A stretch of 64,000 bases of DNA from Octopus vulgaris (GCA_951406725.2 OX597828.1:32302001-32366000), one strand, 5' to 3'; counted from the stretch's first letter, positions 29,407-43,475 are shown. The notes: generated by a model from the letters alone, not told the origin. Numbers and translations: made by a program.

Positions 29407-29515
29407 ACCTTATGATAATAACAATCAACTTGTCATTCAGAATCAAAATGGCTGACGAATAGCATCACGCTCGAAATTCAAGAGCATCGACGAATTTCAA
29501 TCAAACTGTTTTGAA

Positions 29516-29555
<40 letters not shown>

Positions 29556-30349
29556 GAAATAAAAGATTAAGACTGGAAATGTAGTATCGAGAAAACTTAT
29601 TGCACACAATAATTGTTTCAGTCCAACTTAAGTCGATCTCTTGCAGTTGGCATTCATATACATGTAGGTGAGTGAATATGTGTGTGTCTGTGTACCTGTG
29701 TATGTGTGTATGGTCTAATATATGTATTCATAGAATCGTGTGACTCATTTGATGTGTGTATATGTAAATATATCAATGTACGATGGGACCCATTTTTGCT
29801 TACCATCTGTCATATCCACGCACTAACGCTTCAGTCGGAAAGTGCGGCGCTGTAGGACTCGAACACGAAACACAGCCATGCCTGAATCCACTATAATCAT
29901 TATAATTTCTCTACTTAAATATGTAAATGTTTTCGATATCGCTTTTCGAACTGATCATTTTCACTTTGATTTAAATATCCTTTTTAAATATCACATAAAT
30001 ATCTTTTTTTGAGAATGATTTGGACTAAATATTTTACTTTACGTTCAATTAATAAGCACAATTACTAACAATAAACATTACATTAAATACTCAATAGGGA
30101 CATCATATTCCTTTTATCTTGTTATTAGGAAAACAAATTCAAATATCTAAATTACATTATATGAGTCTGTTATACCAGACTCAAAAATATAAGGTGTATA
30201 GCGGGTCAGGTATGGTTGTTTGTTTTCGAAAACCTCTCCCTAATCAAGTGTTCATATGTCCAACCTCTCATTAAACAGCTAGATGTAGATTTTTATGTTA
30301 TTGATTCTGAAACCTGGAATGACCATTGTCTTAACACACGTGTTACTGT

Positions 30350-30391
<42 letters not shown>

Positions 30392-30592
30392 CAGACGCCA
30401 AGCTGGATCGTTAGCCACTACATACATTTTTTCTCTCCTTGTTTCTCTCCTTGTTTTTTCTGTGTACTTTTCTGTAGAAGAGCGTAGGCTCGAAACGTAA
30501 AAGACTTTTTCTATTCCTGTGCGCTATACTAATACATCTGTTTGTTTTGTACACCTCCTGTCTTCTCCTTTTGTTCATTTTCGTAAACTTTC

Positions 30593-30596
<4 letters not shown>
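30392..30596 (+). mobile_element. (TA)n-embedded cassette, shorter (5'-truncated) relative of 18716-19170
   Basis: (TA)n on both sides, with the same 3' end as the 18716 copy and a different 5' breakpoint. Confidence 0.7.
30467..30503 (+). ncRNA. Variant minimal hammerhead-like motif
   Basis: CUUUU-CUGUAGA-A-GAGC-GUAG-GCUC-GAAA-CG-UA-AAAG. Stem II is a perfect 4 bp, the ACGU palindrome is present, and the core differs by A6->U. Confidence 0.5.
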
Positions 30597-30642
<46 letters not shown>

Positions 30643-33287
30643 GTATGTATATATATGTATGTATGTATGTGTATATATGAATGTATGTATGTATTAGATG
30701 AAGAATAAAGCTTTTTCGGCAGCATTTTATTGAAGCATTCAGAGATTACATTATCACAAAAATCCACCATTATAAGGATCATAAGGTAAGTTTTAAGGTA
30801 GAAATATAAGATGCCTCGCTCACCAACTACATGGTTGAACAAGCATATATTTCACACACACACACACACACACATACATACATACACATCTATTCAAATA
30901 TGAATTAGAAGCAGCTCGAGGTGTACAAATGAAGTTGAACACTCATACACGAGGTGTGTGCTGCTAGTTTGCCGGGTGGCCGCTTTCGTTAGGCGAGAGA
31001 GAATATAATCTCAATGCTGTTGGTGTAAAAAAAAACTCGAAAGCAGGTCATGCGACAGCTCACATCACGTTTTTTGTTTTTGCTCTTTCGGCGCGACAGA
31101 CATCGATGTTTGATAGAAATGATTTGTTACTATCGACAAGAGACCTGTCAATCTCAACGAATATCCCAGACCTTTACATGTTAATCACCACTGGAATTGC
31201 ATTCAATTTCAAATAATGTGAATTAAAATCGCAATGTAGTATTTATCCTCCCCGTTATTTGATTACTCTCGACAGAGTATTTTCTCCGAATCTATAATAT
31301 ATTTTTTTCTTCATCTAGTGTAGTTATATTCGATCTAAATATGTCATGATGTAGCTTCTGATTTCAAATCCTTCAAGAAAAATGTTATTCTTTACTCTTT
31401 GAGATCGATGGAATTTCGTATAGATATATATCGGTAACCACTATTCAAATCATAAATTTCTTTGCTAGTAAAGATCTCTACATTTTAAGCAAACAATATT
31501 TATAATAAACCCGAAGCCGCTTGATCTCAAAGGCGTATATTGTGTGTGCGTATGTGTGAGTGTGTGCCTGTGTGTGTACGAGTGTATAAGTGTGTGCGTA
31601 TGCTGTTTATGTATTTGTGATTGAGGGTAAAATTGACAGATCAATACTGATTTATCCTTGAAAGACAGAAGGTTGTAAAGCACGTGACTTTGTCTGTCTA
31701 TATTGTATGACTGAAAGAATAAACAGGCCTGAAAATACAATACAGAGGACGAGAAACCACCTCCGAGTATAACCGATACATTAAAATTGTAAAGTGAATG
31801 CATATGTGATTAGCACTCAAATCTTGAGTTCCCCCAGAAAGTCACTCACATAGTCTTTGAACCAAAGCTTTAACATACTTTTCCAAAATGTAGCTATATA
31901 ATACTACGGTTGAAATAATGCAATCGCATTTCTCTTGTTTTGCGCGTAAAATTTAAATTTGTTTTTTATATCCAAAGCTACTTTCTTTTTTAATATGCCA
32001 GTCTCTCTCCACTATTTCTTTCTTTGTGCGTGTATGCGTGGCAGATAATTCTGAATAAGGTTTAGTTTATAGAATTCTCCTGCAGCTAATCTCTCGATCG
32101 CACAATCAGACAACGCAAAAAAGTCCACACTACAACTCCCATTAAATACGGAGAATGTTTTGATTTACCTCCATCTCGTACATACTATTATTGTTTTAGA
32201 CCCAACATAATTCTAATCAGACCGAGCTATGCTTAAAGACACCCATCAACACTTGAAGGAATAGTGGTCATCATTGTTAATTACGTTTTTAAGATGATAC
32301 TGAATAATTTCATAAATTTCGCCTAATATTTCTATGAGGCTGAGAGAAGTTCGTTAATATATGTCATTGTTTCAAACTGTCTATATAATATTTAAATGTT
32401 ATAAAAGCAAGGAACAATGGGATATATTGTATTCACAGAATCTTTTGTAGATCGAGATTATCCGCATGTTTCTCTATGCTAACATGCAAATCCGCTCAGT
32501 CTATATGCGATCGATATGGTACGCTCATTGATTTTAGTCATCATGTTGTAATTATATTCATTTTTTTATGAATTGTTTTTCATATCTTTTAATAGTTCAA
32601 TATTTGTCACATGACATTATTTGTTTTCTATTAAGATGGTTTTCTTTTCCTATAACGTTTATTGTAAAATTCAGCGCGACGTACACGTAAGGCCATAATA
32701 TGTGTTGTTTATTTTTCAGTTTAGTACTGATGACGAAATATAACCTGCTTTAATGTATTGCCTGATGTATATTTATTTAGCCGCTTCAGGCAATATGACT
32801 CCAAATAAAATATTCTTCATTGAGCATTGATCATGTGTTTGAAAATGTGCATTATATTTACTATCCAGGCATTGGATGTAAGAATCTAACAACAATATTA
32901 ATAAGCTACATATTAATTTTGAATCGAAATTCATCTCTAGATATACCTGAACATAATTTGCTTTTTATTGATATCACGTTTGAAAAGAGTTTACAACGAC
33001 ACGTTCTTGAGTTCATTTGAATCAAAGTGGCATGTCTTTCCTAATTTTACGAGAAGACAACACTGGATAGTCATTTTTGTATGTTAGGGTCACAAGTATA
33101 AGGGTGAACGGCACGTTGCTCACACCATGGGATTGTTGCTTCGGAATACTATGTTGAACATCGAAATATTTAATGCTCATAACTGAGTGTATTTTGTTCT
33201 AAACAGTTATCAGGAATAACAAACTTTTAACAGAAGGAGAAGCAGCATCATGTGCAGTTAGTGATGAATTCATTGTAACTCTCTCTC

Positions 33288-33332
<45 letters not shown>

Positions 33333-33368
33333 CTCTCACACATGTATGTGAGTGCGTGTGTGTGTATT

Positions 33369-33810
33369 ACTCTCTCTCTTTTACTCTTTTACTCTTTTAC
33401 TTGTTTCAGTCATTTGACTGCGGCCATGCTGGAGCACCGCCTTTAGTGGAGCAAATCGACCCCAGGACATATTCTTTGTAAGCCCAGTACTTATTCTATC
33501 GGTCTCTTTTGCCGAACCGCTAAGTGACGTGGACGTAAACACACCAGCATCGGTTGTCAAGCAATGGTAGGGGGACAAACACAGACACACAAACACACAC
33601 ACACACACACACACACACTTATATATATATATATATACATATATATACGACGGGCTTCTTTCAGTTTCCGTCTACCAAATCCACTCACAAGGCATTGGTC
33701 GGCCCGGGGCTATAGCAGAAGACACTTGCCCAAGATGACACGCAGTGCGACTGAACCCGGAACCATATGGTTGGTTAGCAACCTACTTACCACACAGCCA
33801 CTCCTGCGCC
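33369..33810 (-). mobile_element. SINE family A, full length, low divergence
   Basis: Near-identical to 19985-20420, with a (TTTTACTC)n tail. Confidence 0.92.
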
Positions 33811-34174
33811 TATATTGATATATATTCTCATATTTATACGTTACTATGTACATTCAAACATGAGCACATACCTGCTTACATTCTTGCTACGACTGCATTC
33901 GTTGAGCAGGTGCATCATTAATAATTTTCCAGCAGTAACACGTCCGCCGTATTTTAAGCATAGTTTATTTTGGAAAACCATGTCAAATGTCGCACTGTTT
34001 GTATGTAATTTTAGAACGATTGATTGCTTTTACCAGATGGCCATACATCTATGCCAATGGTTCTATTTTACCTTGTAAGATTACATAATATATTTGGCTT
34101 GTAGCATTTATGGATCTCCGTATGTTTCTATAAGAAGTATTTATTAAGACGCTTTTTAAGGGGACTAGAAAAAG

Positions 34175-35449
34175 ACCAGCTTTTAACTATGATCCAAAAC
34201 ATGTTTATTCTACAGGGATATGGCTATTGATATCGGAGCAATGTCAAAAGAGTGCAGTTTTTTTTTTAATTAAGAAATAGGGAAGAGAAACCATCACTAT
34301 GTCTTGTGGTGGAGAAACGCTTGTTTTATCGATGTTTGGTACCCACTAATATCTTGAAGGCATTGCTTTTGGCAAACACGCGAATGAACGTGCACTTCTT
34401 GAAAAAAACAGAAGAAATTGTAATTAGGCTGTCCTCCTTTGGTAGTAATATTATAAGAGAATGACGTAAGCGGCAACGAAGCACCATTTGATCTGAATTG
34501 TGATATTAGTTTGGCTCATATTGCTATTATGGTGAATTCCCCAACTGAATTCAAGATCAGGTTATTTCCAGATAAGTTATAATTATAATTCACATAAATG
34601 GTTGTGTGTAAGGGCAATTACTACTCCAAAAAATGAGATAGTAGCGAGGATTAACCATGAATTAATGAATAAGATTCCAACAGTCATTAAGGAATACAAA
34701 TCAGTTCTTGATGAAATTGAAGCTCTCCATTACCCACAACAGAGTTCCTTAATTCTCTTGAGCCACATGGAACTCCTCCACATGAAATTTTTCTGAAGGT
34801 AGGGTTCCTATTAATACTTCTAAGAAAATTAGATCCCCCTGACAATGTTCATTGTGAAGGTATTATCAACTAACGTAATAGAGGCTTCCATCATCACTGG
34901 ATGTGACTTGGGGGAAGCGGTTTCTTTCCAAGAATTCCAGTCAAACTAACAGACATGCCATTTGAGTTCAAACGAGTTCAATTCGCGGTGCGACTTTGCT
35001 TTGCAGTATCTATTAATAAAGCTAAAAATCAGGCTGAAATCTACTGGATTGAACTTAATTGAGCCTTGCTTTTCTCATGGTCAAATTTATGTTAGTTGCT
35101 CCAGTGTCGGTAGTTTGCAGGACTTATTTTTCTGAGCTCCAAACCAGAAAATAGAGAATGTTGTTTACCCAGAAGCTCTTACGGAATTTCCTTCAGCAGG
35201 TGATAGAATTTATTTCCCTTCATATAAGAGGTAAATTTTCTTTTTTCATTTTTTTAATTATATTTTTTTCTTTTTTTTTTTTTGTATTATGAATTCAGAA
35301 TTGATTTCCTATTTAAAGAATCAATTGTATCCGAATTGAAGAATATATTGAACTTAGAATAACACATTAATATAGAAAATATTTTGCTTTTTTCTTCCAA
35401 TATATGAGGAACAATTTTATTCCTGGGAAACACCTGGTACCTCTGCTAG
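34175..35449 (+). mobile_element. Internally deleted Helitron (RepHel N-terminal fragment fused to Pif1 helicase C-terminus, with 3' CTAG end)
   Basis: The N-part reads AFNYDPKHVYS..IDIGAMSKECSF..LKALLLA..HFLKK..SSFG. The C-part reads WLCVRAITTPKN...EFLNSLEPHGTPPHEIFLKVG...PRIPVKLTDMPFEFKRVQFAVRLCFAVSINKA...EPCFSHGQIYVSCS...NVVYPEAL. A decayed hairpin CCTGGGAAACACCTGG precedes CTAG|T at 35446-35450. The true 5' end was not located. Confidence 0.9.
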
Positions 35450-35452
35450 TAT

Positions 35453-35670
35453 ACTTTTTACACTTTTACTTGTTTCAATCATTTGACTGTGGCCATGCTG
35501 GAGTACCGCCTTTAGTCGAGCAAAGCGCCCCCAGGACATATTCTCTGCAAACCTAGTACTTATTCCATCGGTCACTTTTGCCGAACCGCTAGGTTACGGG
35601 GACGTAAACACATCAGCATCGGTTGCCAAGCGATGTTAGGGGGAACAAACACAGATACACAAAAGTATAC
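35453..35670 (-). mobile_element. SINE family A, 3' half only
   Basis: Matches the family A 3' module up to the internal microsatellite; the head is absent. Confidence 0.85.
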
Positions 35671-35690
35671 ACACGCATATATACATACAT

Positions 35691-35772
<82 letters not shown>

Positions 35773-37423
35773 TTTATTTTGCAAGAGAAGAAAATGACCT
35801 AGCCAAAATACAACACACAATATCTGTTTCAACACACGATTTCACATCAGGAATCTTTTAAACAGATTCTACTAGTTGTAAAACCCTCTATTTCGCAAAT
35901 GTATGCTTAAACACCCAAACAAGTTGTATTTATTTCCTTTCAATTGTTGAAGCCGCATCATAAATCGTTTTAATCCGCGTTCCATTGTGTAACATTTCTC
36001 AGCCCAATCATACAATCACGCAAGGAAAAAGAATTTCACGACTTTGCATGATGTACGTACTAATGCTTTTACGCTTGTCAAATCCTAATTAGATACTAAA
36101 ACAGGCTATCGTGCATTGAACCACACACGAACCGATGTCCAACATGAATCTACACGCATATGCAGCATTTCTTGTTTCATTTTCAGACAGATATCATTTA
36201 ATGTAACTTGAAACATAAAAGATAAACTTGAAAGATAAGAGGCTCGGTGTAATGATCATTACGTTAAATAACATTTATCAAACCAGGAAAAAAAGCATAT
36301 TTGGCAACCATAAATTTAGTACTATCATAGATTAATTTTAACCGGTACGGGTCACTACTGGTTTCTTATGAATAAGGATACTACCATTAACAATTTCGAT
36401 GATAAACACGAGTAAATTATCAAGTGGTTTAACAAACTCAATTGCAAAAACATTGCTTTTTCTACGGTGAAGTGAAAATGCGCAATTTTCAAAAGTAGTG
36501 GAATCCCGAACACCACCGGCTGGCCGTGAAACGAGATGACTAGCCATGATGTTACAGAATGCATATAAAGTTAATGAAAGTTGCAAAGGAGCAATAATTT
36601 AAATATGACTCTTCAACGAAAGACGATGGAAGCACTCGATGTTACTGATTGGAAAATATTTCAAAATTATTTCAATAATCTGATATATTCAGGCACCACT
36701 CGGTCATTCACCGTTATGCGTTAACTAATAACAACAATTGGAGTATATTTAACAAAAGCAACCAATAAATTTCAATGCGTAACACACAAGTAGATTTAAC
36801 GGATTCTCTTTCGCGAATTCAGAAACCAAATGTATTTTCCTTTTAAGTAATATTTGTTCTTCTAGTTATCGATGCATAATTGCCAGATATTACATCAATA
36901 TCTTTGTAGGATCCTACAAGTATGTTGGTCATATCACCATCATTATCTCCACTCAAGATTCCCTCTATTAAGTCTTTCTTGAATTCAATATCATCAGGAT
37001 ATATAATTCGCATAAATTCCTATGGACATGCTTCAATATCACGAATGATAACATACTTACATTACCGGACATAGTTACAACTTTTTCCAAACATACACAT
37101 ACACATACACGCACACATACACACATATACACGTGTGTGTTTATGTGTGTATGTTTGTGTGCGACCATGTTTATGTAGATATGTATATGCACATGTCTAT
37201 GTGTCTCTGTGATTATCCGTGTCTGTGTTTGTCTGTAAGTGTATCTGAGTGTGTTTCTGTGTGTGTGTGTGTGTATGTTTGTGAGCGTTTGTGTGTATGT
37301 GAAACTGATAATAACTACTGGTTATTTTATACAACTGTGGAACGATGAACCACGTTTACTCATTCGATCTCGGACACTATCGATCTACTCTCGGATCCAC
37401 CGTACCTCATAATTACGTCTAAT

Positions 37424-37752
37424 TACTCTCTTTACTTGTTTCAGTAATTGGTCTGTGACCATGATGGAGCGCCGCCTTTAGTCGAGCAAATCGACCCCAG
37501 GACTTATTCTTTGTAAGCCTAGTACTTATTCTATTCTATCGGCCTATTTTGCCGAACCGCTAAGTTACAGGGAGGTAAACACGCCAGTATATGTTGTCAA
37601 GCTATGTTGGGGGGACAAACACAGACACACAAACACACACATATATATAGGCTAATTTAGAAGACACTTGCCCAAGGTGCCACTCAGTGGAGCTGAACCC
37701 GGAACCGTGTAGTTGGTAAGTAATCTTCTTACCATACAGCCAATCCTAAGCC
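37424..37752 (-). mobile_element. SINE family A with internal deletion
   Basis: Both halves are present, but the ~60 bp between the microsatellite and GAAGACACTTGCCCAAGG is missing. Confidence 0.85.
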
Positions 37753-38741
37753 TAATGATTCTGGTGTACAATGATGCATAGTATTTGCGATGTTTGATAC
37801 TATCCTCGAATATTTTGCAAGATAAATTTCACATAAACGTTGATGCAGTTTGGGAGACGAATTTCCTTCTTTTATTTGGCAGTTAAAAAATTTCAACGCA
37901 ACTGGGCACAGGAGCAAGTGCCATATTTTGTGTAAGATGCTTACATTCTACAGATGGTTAACTATATGGTAATTAAAATTATCTTCTTAATCATAATTAC
38001 ATTCATTAATATTAATGCCAATATGTTGCTTATGACAGTTTTCCCGGCCATTGCGAGATTATATTTGAACATGAAGTGAATAAATTTTATATTATATTTG
38101 TATATATACTTCAGTATATCTCTATGTACTATATTAACTCTATTTTGATGTTTTATTTTCACTTTACTTTCTTCCGACATTAGTTGTCATCATCATCGTA
38201 GCCATCATCACCATCCTCATCTTGATCATCATCATCAGATTATCATCATCATCATCATCGTCATTATCATTCCCAACTTTATTAGCCTGTTGGAAAACAT
38301 ATGCGGCAATATATTTTATCATTTCAAAGCATGTAAAGAACTGTCCTATAATTGGACAGATAAGGCTGTTAGAGAATCGATTTAATCAAGTAATGGTAAT
38401 AGGACACATGCATATATGTATAATTTCGCAGCATGAAGCGACTATACACGGAGAATTCGAATTCAGCATCTGATATATATATATTTCAACCACCAAGAAA
38501 GGAAACCACAGGATATAACAGTAATGTGAATGATGTAGCCACAATCAAGGATAAGTGTGTGCAAGTTTTAAATGTATGTGCATGTGTATATCTATGCACA
38601 CAAACACACATATACACGCTCCCATACACACACATATATTTAGTTTTTGTATCTGGTGTGCAAGACTGTTTGTGTAAATTGTAAATTCGTGTGTTGATGC
38701 AAATTTTGTTGTGTCTAGGTATAAGGATTCACCCAAGACAA

Positions 38742-38815
<74 letters not shown>

Positions 38816-39430
38816 GTATATACAGATGAAGAGAGAGGTGGGCAGAAAATGGAGATAGAGAGTATAACTAATGCATAAACTATTAAACAGATATTGGACT
38901 GAGTATTGAAAAGAATAACATACTGTGCTGCATGGTTTGAAAGAAGAATATAAGATATTTCCTCTGTAGACACTGAAAAAGTGAGGAATATCCAAATTTA
39001 CTAATCGTTGAAATAAATAACTTGTATTAATTAAAAAAAGACTATAAAATACAGAAATAATCCGTGGGAATACGAAGAAAATGGTTGGATTTGTAACGTG
39101 ACGCGGAGCGTAGATATCATTCACTTTATAAAAGTTAATGCTGAGACACACACATGTAAGCCGGCATATACCTGCCGTAAAAAAATATTTTAATGATTAG
39201 CTGCATAATAGGAAATGGTAGGACCCATAAATTTGAAATGTAGCGTGGGGAATGGAGTTGCATAGATATATAAGTAAAACATGTTTTCATAAAACGTTCC
39301 TGTAGAGAATTAAAAATTTTTTCGAAAATTTCAAACGCGTGCTTTAAGTCTAGGTCAGAATATGGATATACTTTCTGTTCCTTTTTCTATTAGGTTTTAT
39401 ATTAGCCTTCAATTTCGTTTTCTCTAGGTA

Positions 39431-39584
39431 CCATTCTCATCCACCATTTATACAACGTAAAATATGTTTAAATTTAATGGAATTATATTTCATGATTTCA
39501 AGAGTCCATTCTCATCCACCATTTATACAACGTAAAATATGTTTAAATTTAATGGAATTATATTTCATGATTTCAAGAGTCCAT
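39431..39584. repeat. Perfect 75-bp tandem duplication
   Basis: 39431-39505 is identical to 39506-39580, followed by CCAT microhomology. Confidence 0.95.
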
Positions 39585-39964
39585 CAGCACTCTTCCAGCT
39601 ATAACATCACTCCGCTGATGTGTCTTTTGATATAATTACACCTGTAAAAATTGCGCTGGGTAATTAAATCTATTAAAATGGATGTGTAATTAAACCCTAA
39701 TTAAGACATGAAACAACGTACTAATAACCATATCACCAATAACATATGCCGCTATGTTACTAAATTGTACATTGTGCGTTTTACTTTTGAAAGTATAAGT
39801 AACACTTGTATACACACATATATATGTGCTTGTGTGTGTATGCATATATGCATAAGTGCATAAATGTGTATACATATACATATGTGTAGAATGCATATAT
39901 CCATGTCTCTCCATCATAAATGCATGTATACAGAAATATATGTGCATGCATGAATATATGTATG

Positions 39965-39999
<35 letters not shown>

Positions 40000-40046
40000 G
40001 TATGTATGTATATATATATATATACATATTTACTTTAAATATAATT

Positions 40047-40078
<32 letters not shown>

Positions 40079-40088
40079 CGTATGTGGT

Positions 40089-40135
<47 letters not shown>

Positions 40136-40378
40136 CCATATATGTACATATACATAGCTAACGTGAAAGTGAAATTCCTTTGAACCAACAAAAATTAGCC
40201 TGCTGTGACACAAACACTCAATTACTGTATACGACATACACACAGAGTTTCCATGAGAGGTCATATAATCGCTTCGTTTGATTTTAGCTTCATAAACCCG
40301 AGTTAACCAAGCTTGCCTGATTTACAAAATTCACTCGTTCATGAAGCTGAGATCATATACATACATAAATTCATGTAC

Positions 40379-40428
<50 letters not shown>

Positions 40429-41289
40429 ATATATATATACACATATGTATATAGAGAGAGACATTTATGTGTGTGTGTGTATATATATATGTATATATAT
40501 GTATATATATATATGTATATATATATTATACATACATACGTACGCAAATAAAATAGTTTGCGTGTGTGTGAGTGAGTGTGTAATCTCTATAGAGATGTTT
40601 GTATAGCACTCTGTGCGCTATGCAGGGATGTTTCGGAGTCAGCCTGCAAGATTGATGGTTTCTGCGAAACAACGAGAGAATGCGATAGAGGGGAGAAGAA
40701 ATGAACGAAACGTGACAAAATGCATGCATATAAGAGATTTTTCTCTTTGGCCTGTTAATGCGGCAAAAGAAAAGTTATATTTAATATAACTATATGATTG
40801 TTTCGGAGAGTTCACTATATTATGCATTTAGTGAAAATGCTTAAAATGAGAATTCCGTAGGTCGACAGAGATCATAGATTAAAGAAGTATACGTATTCGT
40901 TCGGTGATGTAATTCTTGAACCTTCAATAATCTATGCTGTGGAGATTTGTACGCTGTTCCACTTAATAATTTTGTATTTTCTTGTTGGCCTACGTCTCAC
41001 AGATACACGAAGCTTACTTAATGCATGCTTTCTTGAATTCATACGTACATACATATTTACATACATACACATATCCTACATACATACATGTGTGTGTGTG
41101 TGTAAGCTTTTATATATATATATATAAGTACATTTCAGGGTTAAAAACTCATTAAGGGATAATAAAATCCAATGAATATACTCGTTTATTACCTATTACA
41201 AAATTTATTGAATATTACATGTAATATCTAACTCTAACGTACTTGGATAAACCAGGCTTTATATATATTTAGAAGAAAATAAGAAAATG

Positions 41290-41552
41290 GAGCTAACTAA
41301 ATCAATAATTATTTATTACTTACAAAATTCGACATCATCTCCAACAGCTGTTTCGATTCAAGACTTATGAAATTTATTATTATAATTAAAAATATCGGAG
41401 GTGGTAAAAGATAAACCCTTACATTTTCATACTATTGTGTTATGAGGGAAGAGAGAAATCCACTAATTAATTTCTCAAGTCTTGCAGCGAAACAGCTAAC
41501 AGATATGATTCCAATTTTGTAATTAGGGAATTATTATTAATTTAATTATCTC
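41290..41552. repeat. Diverged inverted repeat of a pLTR-like unit with GAAAC-AGCT hammerhead half
   Basis: 41290-41380 matches the reverse complement of 41463-41552 (e.g. ACAAAATT.GA.ATCAT...AGCTGTTTCG..CAAGACTT..GAAATT). Confidence 0.65.
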
Positions 41553-41566
41553 TATTATCTTATTTA

Positions 41567-41605
<39 letters not shown>

Positions 41606-41796
41606 AGAGAGAGAGAGAGATTCCTACGTACATACATGAATATATTCATGCACACATACACACACATATTTCTTCATATAGGTGGTGCTCAAGCATGAAC
41701 ACACTCAAGTGACTGGACCGAGTAAAAGAATAAATTAATAATATATATGTGTGGCCGCGGCCTTCGGGCTAAAACATTTTTAAGGATTTAAGGATT

Positions 41797-41827
<31 letters not shown>

Positions 41828-41868
41828 ACACACGCGTACATACATATATTTATATATATATTCATATA

Positions 41869-41920
<52 letters not shown>

Positions 41921-42456
41921 TTATTCCTATATATATAATATACATATATATGTGCTGTGTGTGCGTATGTATGTGTGAACGTGGTTATGGATCTATGTAA
42001 AATTTACATTTAGAAAGTCATTTTACGTGACCTCATTAAAATGATATTTATCGTATTCTGCCTATGTGTACATGCACACACACTGGGTGACGTTCGCTTA
42101 TAATATATTTAACGATTCTCAATAAAGTCCTTTGCTAAAATTATAAGGAATTATATATGTGCGTGAAATAAATTAAGGAGTATTTCTCGTGCCAAGACTT
42201 ATGTTCCCAAATCTCACAATTGTGTTCGTATCTGCAAAAATATGTATATCAAGACTGTAATACATGCACACGTACATACTTTTATTCATACATATTTATA
42301 TACATATACACACAAGCCCACGCGTACATGCACACTCGCACACATACCTACACATACAATATTGTGAATATAATATGATTAGGTTTTGATTCAATAGAAT
42401 TCATCGGCCAATATATTTCCTAAACGTGTGTGTTTGTAAATATGTATGTATATATG

Positions 42457-42542
<86 letters not shown>

Positions 42543-43451
42543 CACGAGTGTACGTATTTCTGTGTGTGTTTGTGTTTGTATATGTATGAGTTAATATCGA
42601 CCATCGACAATGAGTCCTCATCACCGCATTGGTGGAGAATCGTTCTATATATTCGTTGTTTAACCAGGTTACTATTCTTTCCATGTCAAGATTGCTGCGA
42701 ATGTATTTAAGTAAATAAATCAACATCTGAATTTCTTTCATTTAGCCTGGTACGTATACAATCGATAGCATTTGATGAACTGCGAAGTTAACCAGACTCA
42801 CACACCCCAAATATACAAACGCATGCAGATATTCACACACACACACATACACATACCACAGGCTTCTTTCAATTACCAATTACCAAATACATTTTCAAGG
42901 TTATTTGTCATCCTGAAACTGTAGTAGACAACAGTTGCCAAAGTTTACATGTTTTTATCTGCATATCTGTAAAAATGACTAGTCCTATTGTTTAAAACTT
43001 TCCTGATGAGATTTAAACATAGCTGACCATTATTTTTCCTGTCGGAGGTATTTTGAATGCATCCATCGAAACATATGTAGAAGATATGAAGATATAAATG
43101 TTTTAATAACATTCTGAGCGTTTCTCTCCTTTCCAATTTTGCCTATTTTCTCCTAAATACAAATTACTTTCCCGGGATCAACCCACACCCAAATGTGATT
43201 ATTGTTTCCTAGGACAGTTCAGTAACATTTAACTACTTTGTATGTCTGTATGCATGCCTGTATGTATGTACGTGTGAATGTATGTAAACACCCTCCTTTC
43301 TTTACACATACACACATAAGCTTACTAGACAACGTTGTGCAATCCGCCTTACGTTTAAGCTTAAAGTTAGAGAAAAATATAGGTACCATAATAGCTAATA
43401 GCTGGATTAAATAGAAAAAAATTTAAGTTATCCAGAAATCTTGAAAATAGC

Positions 43452-43475
43452 AATGATAATAATAATAATAATAAT

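Noticed and set aside
32727-32795. CTGATGACGAAA and a 10-bp hairpin TATTGCCTGA/TCAGGCAATA
   Set aside because: There is no stem II between the boxes, so it is not a hammerhead, and the hairpin is too short for a miRNA.
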